This document shows positions 19,690-27,719 of a stretch of 32,000 bases of DNA, piece after piece. How positions within the stretch are numbered: the stretch's first letter is position 1; each line of letters opens with the position of its first letter. A model generated the notes under the pieces. The model was not told the DNA's origin, made no database searches, and saw only the letters and a list, made by a program, of their open reading frames with translations. The stretch is from Candidatus Nitrosopumilus koreensis AR1. GTDB lineage: Archaea; Thermoproteota; Nitrososphaeria; Nitrososphaerales; Nitrosopumilaceae. The translations under genes were made by a program, and so were the position numbers. The DNA is taken from positions 540,001-572,000 of the forward strand of contig NC_018655.1 in the NCBI RefSeq assembly GCF_000299365.1. Direction: 5' to 3'.

Positions 19690-20058
19690 ATGCTTACGAT
19701 TGACTGCAGGGATGTCTTATCTATCAAACATGAATTGGTAGTTTATGTCTCAGATCAGGTTGCAGCCATACCAACTCTGAAAAACAACCAATTCACTCTG
19801 TCTACATTAGATGATGATGAGATTATTGACACCAATACTGTAATTACTGCAATCAAAGAATTTTTGGATTCTATCGGTGAAGGCAGAAATTTTGCTGTTA
19901 TAGGAAATAACGAGATGATTAGCATTACTTCTGTATCTGGAAAAACAATTGAAAGGGAGCAAACTCAACAACAAGAAATGTTTTCGTGTACTCACTGTGG
20001 ATTTGTAACACGCTATCAAGTTGAACTAGAAACTCATATGAGAATCCATTATCTCTGA
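19690..20058 (+). CDS. Hypothetical protein with C-terminal C2H2 zinc finger
   Basis: 122 aa. C-terminal FSCTHCGFVTRYQVELETHMRIHY. Confidence 0.7.
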   Translation: MLTIDCRDVLSIKHELVVYVSDQVAAIPTLKNNQFTLSTLDDDEIIDTNTVITAIKEFLDSIGEGRNFAVIGNNEMISITSVSGKTIEREQTQQQEMFSCTHCGFVTRYQVELETHMRIHYL

Positions 20059-20351
20059 ATCTTTTTAAAAATTCTTGGAATCGTATTCTTTCTAATTTCT
20101 GAGGCCTCTATTGCCATTGCAAAATTATAATGCGGAAATCTTTCTTTGTATTCGGTAATGTAACTCTGTGCTACATTCTGTGTTTGAAAATTCACTCTGA
20201 CACCATCTAATTTGATTTCTTTGCCAAAAACATCGTAAATCACTATTGAATGTCTATTTGGATTTACATAGAATTTTGTACTGCAATACCATGCAACTCC
20301 TAATACCACAACAAAAAAACCTGTCACAAATTTGTCTAGAATTTTTCTCAT
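20049..20351 (-). CDS. Small membrane-anchored hypothetical protein
   Basis: 100 aa. N-terminal TM FVTGFFVVVLGVAWYCSTKFYV. Confidence 0.6.
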   Translation of the reverse strand: MRKILDKFVTGFFVVVLGVAWYCSTKFYVNPNRHSIVIYDVFGKEIKLDGVRVNFQTQNVAQSYITEYKERFPHYNFAMAIEASEIRKNTIPRIFKKIQR

Positions 20352-20401
20352 ATCTTGATTTTCAACAGGATCTTTATAAGCACTAATCTCGGTAATTTGT
20401 T

Positions 20402-20599
20402 ATGGATAAACCATCTCGAAACAATGTCGCAAAAGTTTATTGCGAAAAATGTGATCTTGTATTTGAGTCTCGTGAGAGATTTGAAAAACATCTTGATAGC
20501 CATTCTTCTGGTGTTCAATGTGAGGTTTGTCCAATTGACACTGCCATTGCAAAATTCACCAATCTGTTTAAACGAAAATCATCTCATAATTTGGAATAA
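20402..20599 (+). CDS. Small C2H2 zinc-finger protein
   Basis: 65 aa. VYCEKCDLVFESRERFEKHLDSH, then a second CxxC-like pair. Confidence 0.65.
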   Translation: MDKPSRNNVAKVYCEKCDLVFESRERFEKHLDSHSSGVQCEVCPIDTAIAKFTNLFKRKSSHNLE

Positions 20600-20631
20600 G
20601 TTTTTTTAACTCATCTCTGATATTTTCGAAC

Positions 20632-21294
20632 ATGAACAAAAAAGGCGTAATTATAGGTGTCGTTGTTATTGCAATTATTGTTGGAGTTGCAGCATCTTTG
20701 TCTTCAACCCCTACCGAAACTGTGAATATTGACATGACTAGAACTCATGGAACCATTTCTACTTCTATGGGGTCTCCTATCTTGGGTGATCCCTCTGCTC
20801 CTGTAACCATTGTTGAATTTGGTGATTACCAATGTCACCAATGCTATAACTGGTTTCATAATACAAAACCTGCCATAACTCGTGATTACATTGACACTGG
20901 GAAAGCCAACTTGATTTTTGTTGATATGGCATTCTTGGGAAGAGATTCAGGTCCTGCAGCTCAAGCAACTTACTGTGCTGAAGACCAAGGAATGTACTGG
21001 GAGTATCATGACACACTTTACAATTCACAAGAAGATAAAATTGATAATGGTTGGGCTAACACTGAAAGACTAAAGGCTTTTGCATTTTCTATGGGGTTAG
21101 ATATGGACTTGTTTGAAAGTTGTCTTGATTCTGGAAAATATTCTAAACGTGTTCAGTATAACACTCAGCAAGCAAGAGATCATGGTGTAAGAGGAACACC
21201 TGGATTCTTTATTGTAGGGCCTGATGGTCAACAACAGATTGCTGGCGCACAACCATTTTCAGTGTTTAAACAAATTTTGGATCCATTGGTATAG
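20632..21294 (+). CDS. DsbA-like thioredoxin-fold protein disulfide oxidoreductase, membrane anchored
   Basis: 220 aa. N-terminal TM, GDPSAPVTIVEFGDYQCHQCYNWF (CHQC active site), GVRGTPGFFIVGPDG. Confidence 0.88.
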   Translation: MNKKGVIIGVVVIAIIVGVAASLSSTPTETVNIDMTRTHGTISTSMGSPILGDPSAPVTIVEFGDYQCHQCYNWFHNTKPAITRDYIDTGKANLIFVDMAFLGRDSGPAAQATYCAEDQGMYWEYHDTLYNSQEDKIDNGWANTERLKAFAFSMGLDMDLFESCLDSGKYSKRVQYNTQQARDHGVRGTPGFFIVGPDGQQQIAGAQPFSVFKQILDPLV

Positions 21295-21774
21295 ATGACA
21301 AACACAATCAAAATTGTCTTTTCAAATTCAAAATACCTTGTGCTTTCTTTTGTAATTTTCTCAATCATGCTAATAGGATTGTTGATATCATCTGAATACA
21401 TTTTCTTAGAGCCATACGTTGTAAGTCATCTTCCATCTGGCACTGAATTGGGATTTGTTCTTATTGTAACTCTTTCTGCATTATCTGCACTAGTTCTTCC
21501 GATGAATGTTTTTAGGATTAATGTTTTAAAAAGTTCAAAACAAAAAATGGGTGGCAGTGTTGTTGGTTCTTTTGTTGGGGCAGCAGCTGGTGCATGTAGT
21601 TGTGGCCCAATCGGATTTGCCGTAATCTCCACATTTGGATCAGTTGGCGCTACTGCGACTGCCTTTTTGACAAATTATGAAATTCCACTTAGAATAATTG
21701 CAATTGGTATTTTGGCAATTACCTATTTTACAACTGTAAAATCTCTCAAAACTGAGTGTAAAATCAACTCTTGA
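21295..21774 (+). CDS. Multi-TM membrane protein with GACSCGP motif, directly downstream of the DsbA-like gene
   Basis: 159 aa. Start codon immediately follows the DsbA stop (tag|atg). Several TM segments and FVGAAAGACSCGPIGFAVIS. Confidence 0.75.
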   Translation: MTNTIKIVFSNSKYLVLSFVIFSIMLIGLLISSEYIFLEPYVVSHLPSGTELGFVLIVTLSALSALVLPMNVFRINVLKSSKQKMGGSVVGSFVGAAAGACSCGPIGFAVISTFGSVGATATAFLTNYEIPLRIIAIGILAITYFTTVKSLKTECKINS

Positions 21775-21949
21775 TTTTGATTCATTAGAAATTACCATTT
21801 AGGCAAACGTTTTCAACCTTTGAATGTATCTTAAAGTCTGATGCAATATTGGTGTGACATTCATTTATGTTCCAATTAGGCCAAGCAGGAGAGATCCTGA
21901 TGCTGACGAAATAGAAGATGCTGAAGACTAGCATCTTTTCCTATTTGTA

Positions 21950-22963
21950 TTGTTCAGTAATGAATTTGTGAATTTTACAAAGTCGAGCTATTTATTTGCC
22001 TTTTTCAAGTTTAACGTAATGCAGAATTGGAATCTGATTGCTGGAATTTTGATAATTGCTAGTCCTATCCTATTTTCAATGATCGCATATCCTGATTCTG
22101 TAGCTTGGAGTTGGAATGAAGGTAGGGGCGGATATCTTTTTGCACTTGTTTTTGTTGTAGCTGAACTCATTGGTCTGAAAATTGTCATTTCAAAAAAACG
22201 ATTACTTACAGTAGTACCCATTGCATTACTGACTATCTCTTATCTTGTTTCATTAGAATATGGCTTGAGAGATTACATTATTTCATCTGCCGAACAATTT
22301 GATGTTCAGTTAATCTATTCGTGGACTTGGATGTGGGACTTTATTGTAATGGCAATCTTCATTGTTGTAGCATTGTCTATTTTCTTTGGAAAGAGATGGA
22401 TTAGAATTGCTCCTGCAGGACCTATCTTTCTAACTGGCACTGCAATCATCTTGTCTCTTGATGCATTTTTCCCATATGATACACTTGGACCATTACAATA
22501 CATTGTTCCATATTTTGTTCAAGCAAATGTGTGGGTGATCACACTGCTTGATCTTGGAACTGCTGTTGCAAGAGATAATGTGATGTTCTTGCGTGGAGAT
22601 CACGGCTCAATGGCTCTTCAGGTATTTTGGCCATCTGCTGGGGTTCATAGCATTATCATTTTCTCATTAGTAATTGGGGCATTCATGTTAAAGATGAATA
22701 TTCCTAGAGCACGAAAATCAATGTATTTTGTTTTGGGTATTATTGGAACAATCACTGTAAACCTAATTCGTATATTTTCTCTGTCTTGGTATGCGCTCAA
22801 AGTAACAACTGATCCTGTGGCTTGGGAGGAATATCACAAAATCGCAGGTGAAATAATGTTCTTACCGTGGCTATTTGCATTCATTTTGGTAGTTATTTTG
22901 ATAGAATCTAGGCGTCTGAAAAAACGAGAGGAACAAGAAAAATCATCATCTAAAAATAACTAG
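21950..22963 (+). CDS. Exosortase/archaeosortase-family membrane protein (Ser variant, cysteine-free)
   Basis: 337 aa, about 8 TM. VFWPSAGVHSI (S229), TVNLIRIFSLSW (R274), EEYHKIAGEIMFLPW (H296) match the spacing of the archaeosortase C/R/H triad. Confidence 0.75.
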   Translation: MFSNEFVNFTKSSYLFAFFKFNVMQNWNLIAGILIIASPILFSMIAYPDSVAWSWNEGRGGYLFALVFVVAELIGLKIVISKKRLLTVVPIALLTISYLVSLEYGLRDYIISSAEQFDVQLIYSWTWMWDFIVMAIFIVVALSIFFGKRWIRIAPAGPIFLTGTAIILSLDAFFPYDTLGPLQYIVPYFVQANVWVITLLDLGTAVARDNVMFLRGDHGSMALQVFWPSAGVHSIIIFSLVIGAFMLKMNIPRARKSMYFVLGIIGTITVNLIRIFSLSWYALKVTTDPVAWEEYHKIAGEIMFLPWLFAFILVVILIESRRLKKREEQEKSSSKNN

Positions 22964-24044
22964 TAATGTCTCTTTGCCCTTGGTTCTCTGAAAGTTCTGA
23001 CACTTTGACTCCCAATCGCCTAACTGTGATTGTCTGATTTTCTAATGCTTCTTTGAGTAATTGTTGTGCTGTTTTATTCAATTCTTCTAAACTTGTAGTT
23101 GAATTTCTAAGCATTTTTGATTTTGATTTATTTGATAAATCTGATTGAACAAAGCTTATTCCAACTGATTTGAACATCTGATTCTTTTTTTGAATTATTT
23201 CATGAACTTCTTTACATAATTCTAATAAATTCTCTAAAAGAAATGTGTAGTCTTTTGAATCTTTTTTTAAAGTTACAATTTTTCCATGTTGAATGCTAGG
23301 TTCTCTTTTTTTTACTGGCTCATTGTCAATCCCTCTTACTGCATTATAGATGAAAGTACCACTTTTTCTACCAAACTCTTTATTCAAAGTAAACACATCA
23401 AGTTTTTTTAAATCTCCAATAGTCTCAAAATTCATTTCAGCAAATCTTTGTTCTGTCTTTTTTCCAATTCCTGGAATGTCTCTGATTTTTAATGATTCCA
23501 AAAACTGTTCAATTTTTTCTGATGATACAACTGTTAATCCATCTGGTTTTTGAAAATCAGATGCAATTTTTGAAATTAATTTATTTGGAGAAATTCCAAT
23601 TGAACAACTTAGTTTTGTTTTTTCTCTAATGGAATTTTTAATTTGTTGAGCCAAATGACTGGCTTTCTGAAAATTACCTTCCACTCTTTTTGTTACATCA
23701 AGATATGCCTCATCTCTTCCTACATATTCAAAAATATCTGAAAACTCTTCCATGATTTTCATTGCCTTTTCAGACATTTCAGAATAATAATCAAAATCAA
23801 CTGGTAAAAAAACCGCATCTTCCCTATCTTCTAACCTCTTTTTGGCAAAGACTATCGGTATTCCTGATTTGACTCCATATTTTCTTGCAGTATAGTTTGC
23901 TGTTGCAATAGCTCCGCTATCTCCCCCTCTATCTGAAAAAACACATACGCAAACTGGTTTTGATTTTAATTCTGGTGATCTTATCTCTTCACATTGCGCA
24001 TAGAAGTAATCAAAGTCTATGTGGAAAACTACCCTTGTTTCCAA
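22950..24044 (-). CDS. dinB: Y-family translesion DNA polymerase IV with C-terminal PIP box
   Basis: 364 aa. VVFHIDFDYFYAQCEEIR, SIGISPNKLISKIASD, IPGIGKKTEQ; C-terminal QRDITSYF fits the PCNA-binding motif. Confidence 0.93.
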   Translation of the reverse strand: METRVVFHIDFDYFYAQCEEIRSPELKSKPVCVCVFSDRGGDSGAIATANYTARKYGVKSGIPIVFAKKRLEDREDAVFLPVDFDYYSEMSEKAMKIMEEFSDIFEYVGRDEAYLDVTKRVEGNFQKASHLAQQIKNSIREKTKLSCSIGISPNKLISKIASDFQKPDGLTVVSSEKIEQFLESLKIRDIPGIGKKTEQRFAEMNFETIGDLKKLDVFTLNKEFGRKSGTFIYNAVRGIDNEPVKKREPSIQHGKIVTLKKDSKDYTFLLENLLELCKEVHEIIQKKNQMFKSVGISFVQSDLSNKSKSKMLRNSTTSLEELNKTAQQLLKEALENQTITVRRLGVKVSELSENQGQRDITSYF

Positions 24045-24185
24045 TATTGTACGATGAACTTTAGATTATTACTATATTATGTATTCATCTAAACATCTTC
24101 GATCATCCCTTGTATTCAAATGCTTTAGTTCAAAACTAAACTAAACCAAAATTTGCAAAACGTTGATTGGTATGTGACCCCAAGG

Positions 24186-24242
24186 GGAAGTATAGTTGTG
24201 TCTATTCTATGGCAAATCAACTAACTATTGTCTTAATAAGCA
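24186..24242 (+). repeat. 57-bp imperfect direct repeat, copy A
   Basis: ggaagtatagttgtgtctattctatggcaaatcaactaactattgtcttaataagca. About 50/57 identical to copy B without gaps. Confidence 0.85.
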
Positions 24243-24252
24243 GGAACTGTAT

Positions 24253-24495
24253 ATGATAGTGGATAAAAAATACTACATGACACTTGAGAACAATGAATTA
24301 ACTGGAATTTTAAATGAAATTAGAAATGAACTTGTCAGTCAGATATCGCTGGCCAACAATCAAAACGAAAAAATTAGCATAAAAAAACTCTCTCAAAATG
24401 CCCATGAATTAGATCGAATAATTACTGTATCTGGGATTTCTGATGAAGATAAATTAATGTTGCAAAAAATTTTCTGCAACTCTAGTACAAAATAA
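24253..24495 (+). CDS. Small hypothetical protein (possible frameshift near 3' end)
   Basis: In the track as 24196..24495. The first 57 nt overlap repeat A, so a start at ATG 24253 or 24277 is more likely. Helical composition. Confidence 0.45.
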   Translation: MIVDKKYYMTLENNELTGILNEIRNELVSQISLANNQNEKISIKKLSQNAHELDRIITVSGISDEDKLMLQKIFCNSSTK

Positions 24496-24703
24496 TACAA
24501 CTGCCAAAAGTCTGAGATATGAAAAACAAGACCTTGAAAGAATACTTTCCAATCTGGAGGACTAGATATTATGAATAAAATACAATTGTACGGCCAAAAA
24601 ATATGTTCAGATTGTAAGAGAATGCATTGTCAAAATTGATGTAATTGTATCATTATTGGGATAATTATTGCTGTTACAATTTCTAATAAGTCCTACTTGA
24701 ATT

Positions 24704-24832
24704 CTAATTTTTTTCTTCACGAATATCTTTTTTTAATTTATCAAGAGTTTCCAAATATTCTTTTTTAGCTAAATTTTCAGGTTTTGTTTTGTTATTTTTG
24801 TTAACTTGTGGCTGTTTTGTTTGTTTTTTCAT
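24704..24832 (-). CDS. Putative 42-aa Lys-rich protein, absent from ORF track
   Basis: Hand translation: MKKQTKQPQVNKNNKTKPENLAKKEYLETLDKLKKDIREEKN*. Confidence 0.35.
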   Translation of the reverse strand: MKKQTKQPQVNKNNKTKPENLAKKEYLETLDKLKKDIREEKN

Positions 24833-24871
24833 AATGATGTTCATTATGGTTAGTCACTCTAATAGTTAAGT

Positions 24872-24928
24872 GGAAGCATAGTTGCGTCTATTCTATAGCA
24901 AATCAACTACATCATGTCTTAATAAGCA
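24872..24928 (+). repeat. 57-bp imperfect direct repeat, copy B
   Basis: ggaagcatagttgcgtctattctatagcaaatcaactacatcatgtcttaataagca. Ends 18 bp before the 24947 ORF. Confidence 0.85.
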
Positions 24929-24946
24929 AGTTCGACATATGTAATT

Positions 24947-25057
24947 ATGTTCAAAAATATTCTTGCAAGACTGAAAGGAAAACAAGAAAAGATGTTAAAG
25001 GATGTAAACCCATTCAAAGAACCTGGAAAAACGAAACCAGAGGATCTAGAAAAATAA
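24947..25057 (+). CDS. Putative 36-aa basic protein (small-ORF cassette, gene 1)
   Basis: MFKNILARLKGKQEKMLKDVNPFKEPGKTKPEDLEK*. Stop is immediately followed by the next ATG. Confidence 0.5.
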   Translation: MFKNILARLKGKQEKMLKDVNPFKEPGKTKPEDLEK

Positions 25058-25186
25058 ATGACATATCATTGCAAACACTGCAAATTTACTTGGGATTCCT
25101 CTGAAGGGGATATTCAAAAACTACTTCTTCATGAAAAGACTCATTTGAAAGAAAAGGCAACATACATTGCAGGAAAAACGGCATAA
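25058..25186 (+). CDS. Putative 42-aa C2H2-type zinc-finger protein (cassette gene 2)
   Basis: MTYHCKHCKFTWDSSEGDIQKLLLHEKTHLKEKATYIAGKTA*, CxxC...HxxxH spacing. Confidence 0.6.
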   Translation: MTYHCKHCKFTWDSSEGDIQKLLLHEKTHLKEKATYIAGKTA

Positions 25187-25190
25187 GACC

Positions 25191-25319
25191 ATGATTGCAA
25201 TTGATGATTTGAGATCATGTGAGAATTGTGGTAATGTGTTCTTAAAAAAAATAGCAAACAAGCTAACAAACAGATGTCCTGCGTGTAATGTGTGGAAGAA
25301 GGAAATTTCTATCCAATGA
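25191..25319 (+). CDS. Putative 42-aa four-Cys zinc-ribbon protein (cassette gene 3)
   Basis: MIAIDDLRSCENCGNVFLKKIANKLTNRCPACNVWKKEISIQ*, CxxC...CxxC. Confidence 0.6.
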   Translation: MIAIDDLRSCENCGNVFLKKIANKLTNRCPACNVWKKEISIQ

Positions 25320-25756
25320 CATCAAATGTGTTTGCTTGCAAAACCAAATTGAGTGAAGAGCGAGTAATACATACTACAGAATACATGCACAAAGACATAC
25401 CCGATGGAACTGAAGTTTGCATACTAAAACGTCCGTTAACACTTGAGGAATGGAGTCAGATTCTACAAAATCAGGAAATAGTTACAAAAATGACTGAACA
25501 GCAGGATAATTCAACACAAAATCCTAATGAGTATGTGCAGAAGATTAATTCTACAATAGAATATGGGGAAAATAAGATCAGGCAGATCCAAAAAAGGATC
25601 TCAAAAAACGAGGTAAACCAGGAATCAATGGAATCCCATTCAGATTATGACTACAAAGACTTACTCAAGGAATTAAACGAGTCAGAAAAGGAACATAAAA
25701 AAGATTTGAGATTGTTTCTTGACTTGCTTTGCAAATATAAAATCATAATCAAATGA
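25316..25756 (+). CDS. Hypothetical coiled-coil protein (cassette gene 4)
   Basis: Track ORF 25292..25756; ATG at 25316 overlaps the preceding stop (ATGA). Start MTSNVFACKTKLSEERV..., rich in Glu/Lys helices. Confidence 0.6.
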   Translation: MTSNVFACKTKLSEERVIHTTEYMHKDIPDGTEVCILKRPLTLEEWSQILQNQEIVTKMTEQQDNSTQNPNEYVQKINSTIEYGENKIRQIQKRISKNEVNQESMESHSDYDYKDLLKELNESEKEHKKDLRLFLDLLCKYKIIIK

Positions 25757-25902
25757 ATTCTGAAATATGTGCTGTCTTTGGCCTAATGGAATTCAGTAGG
25801 TTTTACTGCTCATTCCACCAATGATGTTTCTTTTCGACATTGTGGTGCAGGAATTTGTACAGTATTTTCTTGAGATAAGAAATATCTAACACAATATCCA
25901 AA

Positions 25903-26796
25903 TCATAATTCCAATAATTTTTGTATTGTATTTTTTCTATTACGTAATGTTACAGTTGATATTCCAGAAATTTTTGAGAATGTACTCTGTGATATATTTT
26001 CTCCCATCAGCATGGATGCCAGATATAGTGATGCGGCAGCCTGTCCAATAGGATTCTTTCCAGCAGCAGAACCACATTTTTCAACATCTGATAATATCTT
26101 CAAAGCATAACGTTTGGTTTTCTCAGAAAATCCTAGATCATTGGATAATTTAGTCAGAAATGAGGAGATATTGTATTGAGGCAATACAAGTCCAAATTCA
26201 TTAATTAAAACTCTGACTGATTTTTGTAGATGTTTCTTTGTAATGTTGGCAATTTCAGAAATATCCTCCAGACTTCTAGGGGTCATAGTTTGTCTACATG
26301 AAACATACAAAGCTGCTGCCATCAAATCATCAGAACTTCTTCCTCGGATCAATTGATGTTTTTGTGCCCTTCTAAATAGTGACGATGTACCTTCTATTGT
26401 ATTCTCAGAAATGCCTAACTTTCCTTTTAATCCGTTTAGAAAAGTTAGAGATTTTACAAGAGTTCTTTCTGATGATTTTCTTGCTTTGCTTCTACTATCT
26501 AATACTCTTAGTCGATTAAATCTTGATTTGTTAGATGAGCTTAATGATTTACCTTTAGCATCTTTATCTTTTCCAATGATAGATGACATTCCTTTGTCAT
26601 GTATTGAAAGGGATTGCTTTGAACCAACTTGACTCTTACTCATGAAATCCTCTAAACTATGAACGGGTGTTTCATTATGATTATCTAATTTTTCTTCGAT
26701 AACTGTGCCACAATTTGCACAAAAAATCTCTCCATTAAATGTGTCTGTGATTAATTTACTATTACTGCAATTATGAATTTGGTACTTTTGTAACAT
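25903..26796 (-). CDS. Divergent TFB paralog with degenerate zinc ribbon
   Basis: 297 aa. NCSNSKLITDTFNGEIFCANCGTV, then two cyclin repeats (LRNRKNTIQKLLEL end). Clearly related to the 7167..8087 TFB. Confidence 0.88.
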   Translation of the reverse strand: MLQKYQIHNCSNSKLITDTFNGEIFCANCGTVIEEKLDNHNETPVHSLEDFMSKSQVGSKQSLSIHDKGMSSIIGKDKDAKGKSLSSSNKSRFNRLRVLDSRSKARKSSERTLVKSLTFLNGLKGKLGISENTIEGTSSLFRRAQKHQLIRGRSSDDLMAAALYVSCRQTMTPRSLEDISEIANITKKHLQKSVRVLINEFGLVLPQYNISSFLTKLSNDLGFSEKTKRYALKILSDVEKCGSAAGKNPIGQAAASLYLASMLMGENISQSTFSKISGISTVTLRNRKNTIQKLLEL

Positions 26797-27259
26797 AAAT
26801 ATAATGCATGTCTTTGTCTTTTAAACCCCGACAAAATTAGTTCTAGCTACTATCAATACAAAATAAAACATAATTAATTAGATATTGTTGAATTTTCTAG
26901 AATAAAATAATCTTTTTTATTTTAGGGCATACAATATCAAAGTAAACAACTGACTGAAACTTAAGACCAATACAGGATGTATACTGGTGAAAGTTTCATT
27001 AATCATTACTATGTTAAGTGAGTATTTGTAGAATGCTGATAATTTTGTATGTCTTGTTTACATAACCATCAGTTTCTTTTAACTACTAATTTCACTATAT
27101 GGTATTATGGAAGAGAAACAAATTAAAGATAATCACAATTCCGACAAATGTTTACATTGTATTGATATCTGCCGAATCTACTATGAACATAGAACCTACT
27201 ATTGATGAAATAATTCGATCATTGAAGGATATGCCGTAAAAGGATTAGTCTAAAAAATT

Positions 27260-27583
27260 GTGTACAAAATTAAAGCAATAGTGAGAAATTCAACTTTGTC
27301 TGACGTCAAAAAATCTCTGATGGATATTTCGACTTTTTCAGCATATCAAGTTCAGATTACAGAAATATCTTATGCACATAAAGGATTGAAATCTGATATC
27401 AGTAATTACATTCCTAAATCAAAAATTGAACTTTTGTGTGCAGATAAAGATAAAGAGGAAATTATTAGCACTATACAAAAAACTGCAAGCACGGGCCAAA
27501 AAGATGATGGCGTAGTGGTTAGTTATAAAATTGATAAATTTGGAAAAATTTGTGATATTGGAGTTGACCTTATTACATACTAA
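27260..27583 (+). CDS. P-II-like (GlnB/GlnK fold) protein with shortened T-loop
   Basis: 107 aa. MYKIKAIVRNSTLSDVKKSLMDI...YIPKSKIELLCADKDKEEIISTIQKTASTGQKDDGVVVSYKID aligns along P-II, lacking several T-loop residues including the uridylylated Tyr region. Confidence 0.6.
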   Translation: MYKIKAIVRNSTLSDVKKSLMDISTFSAYQVQITEISYAHKGLKSDISNYIPKSKIELLCADKDKEEIISTIQKTASTGQKDDGVVVSYKIDKFGKICDIGVDLITY

Positions 27584-27719
27584 GATATTGTTTCAATTTT
27601 TAGCACGATTGTAATTAATTTCCAAAGCAAAATGCCTCTTAAATTGTAGACTGGCTGTGCCTGCCTATTTGATACATGCTATAAGCAGTTATTTTGTATT
27701 GTGAGTAGGTTATGAATAA

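Noticed and set aside
21865-21930. Possible GTG-started ~25-aa acidic peptide (VTFIYVPIRPSRRDPDADEIEDAED)
   Set aside because: Composition is protein-like but too short and no start or conservation evidence.
24175-24190. ccccaagggg mini-palindrome near repeat A
   Set aside because: 4-bp arms with a 2-nt loop is too short to be a supported terminator or operator; not present at repeat B.
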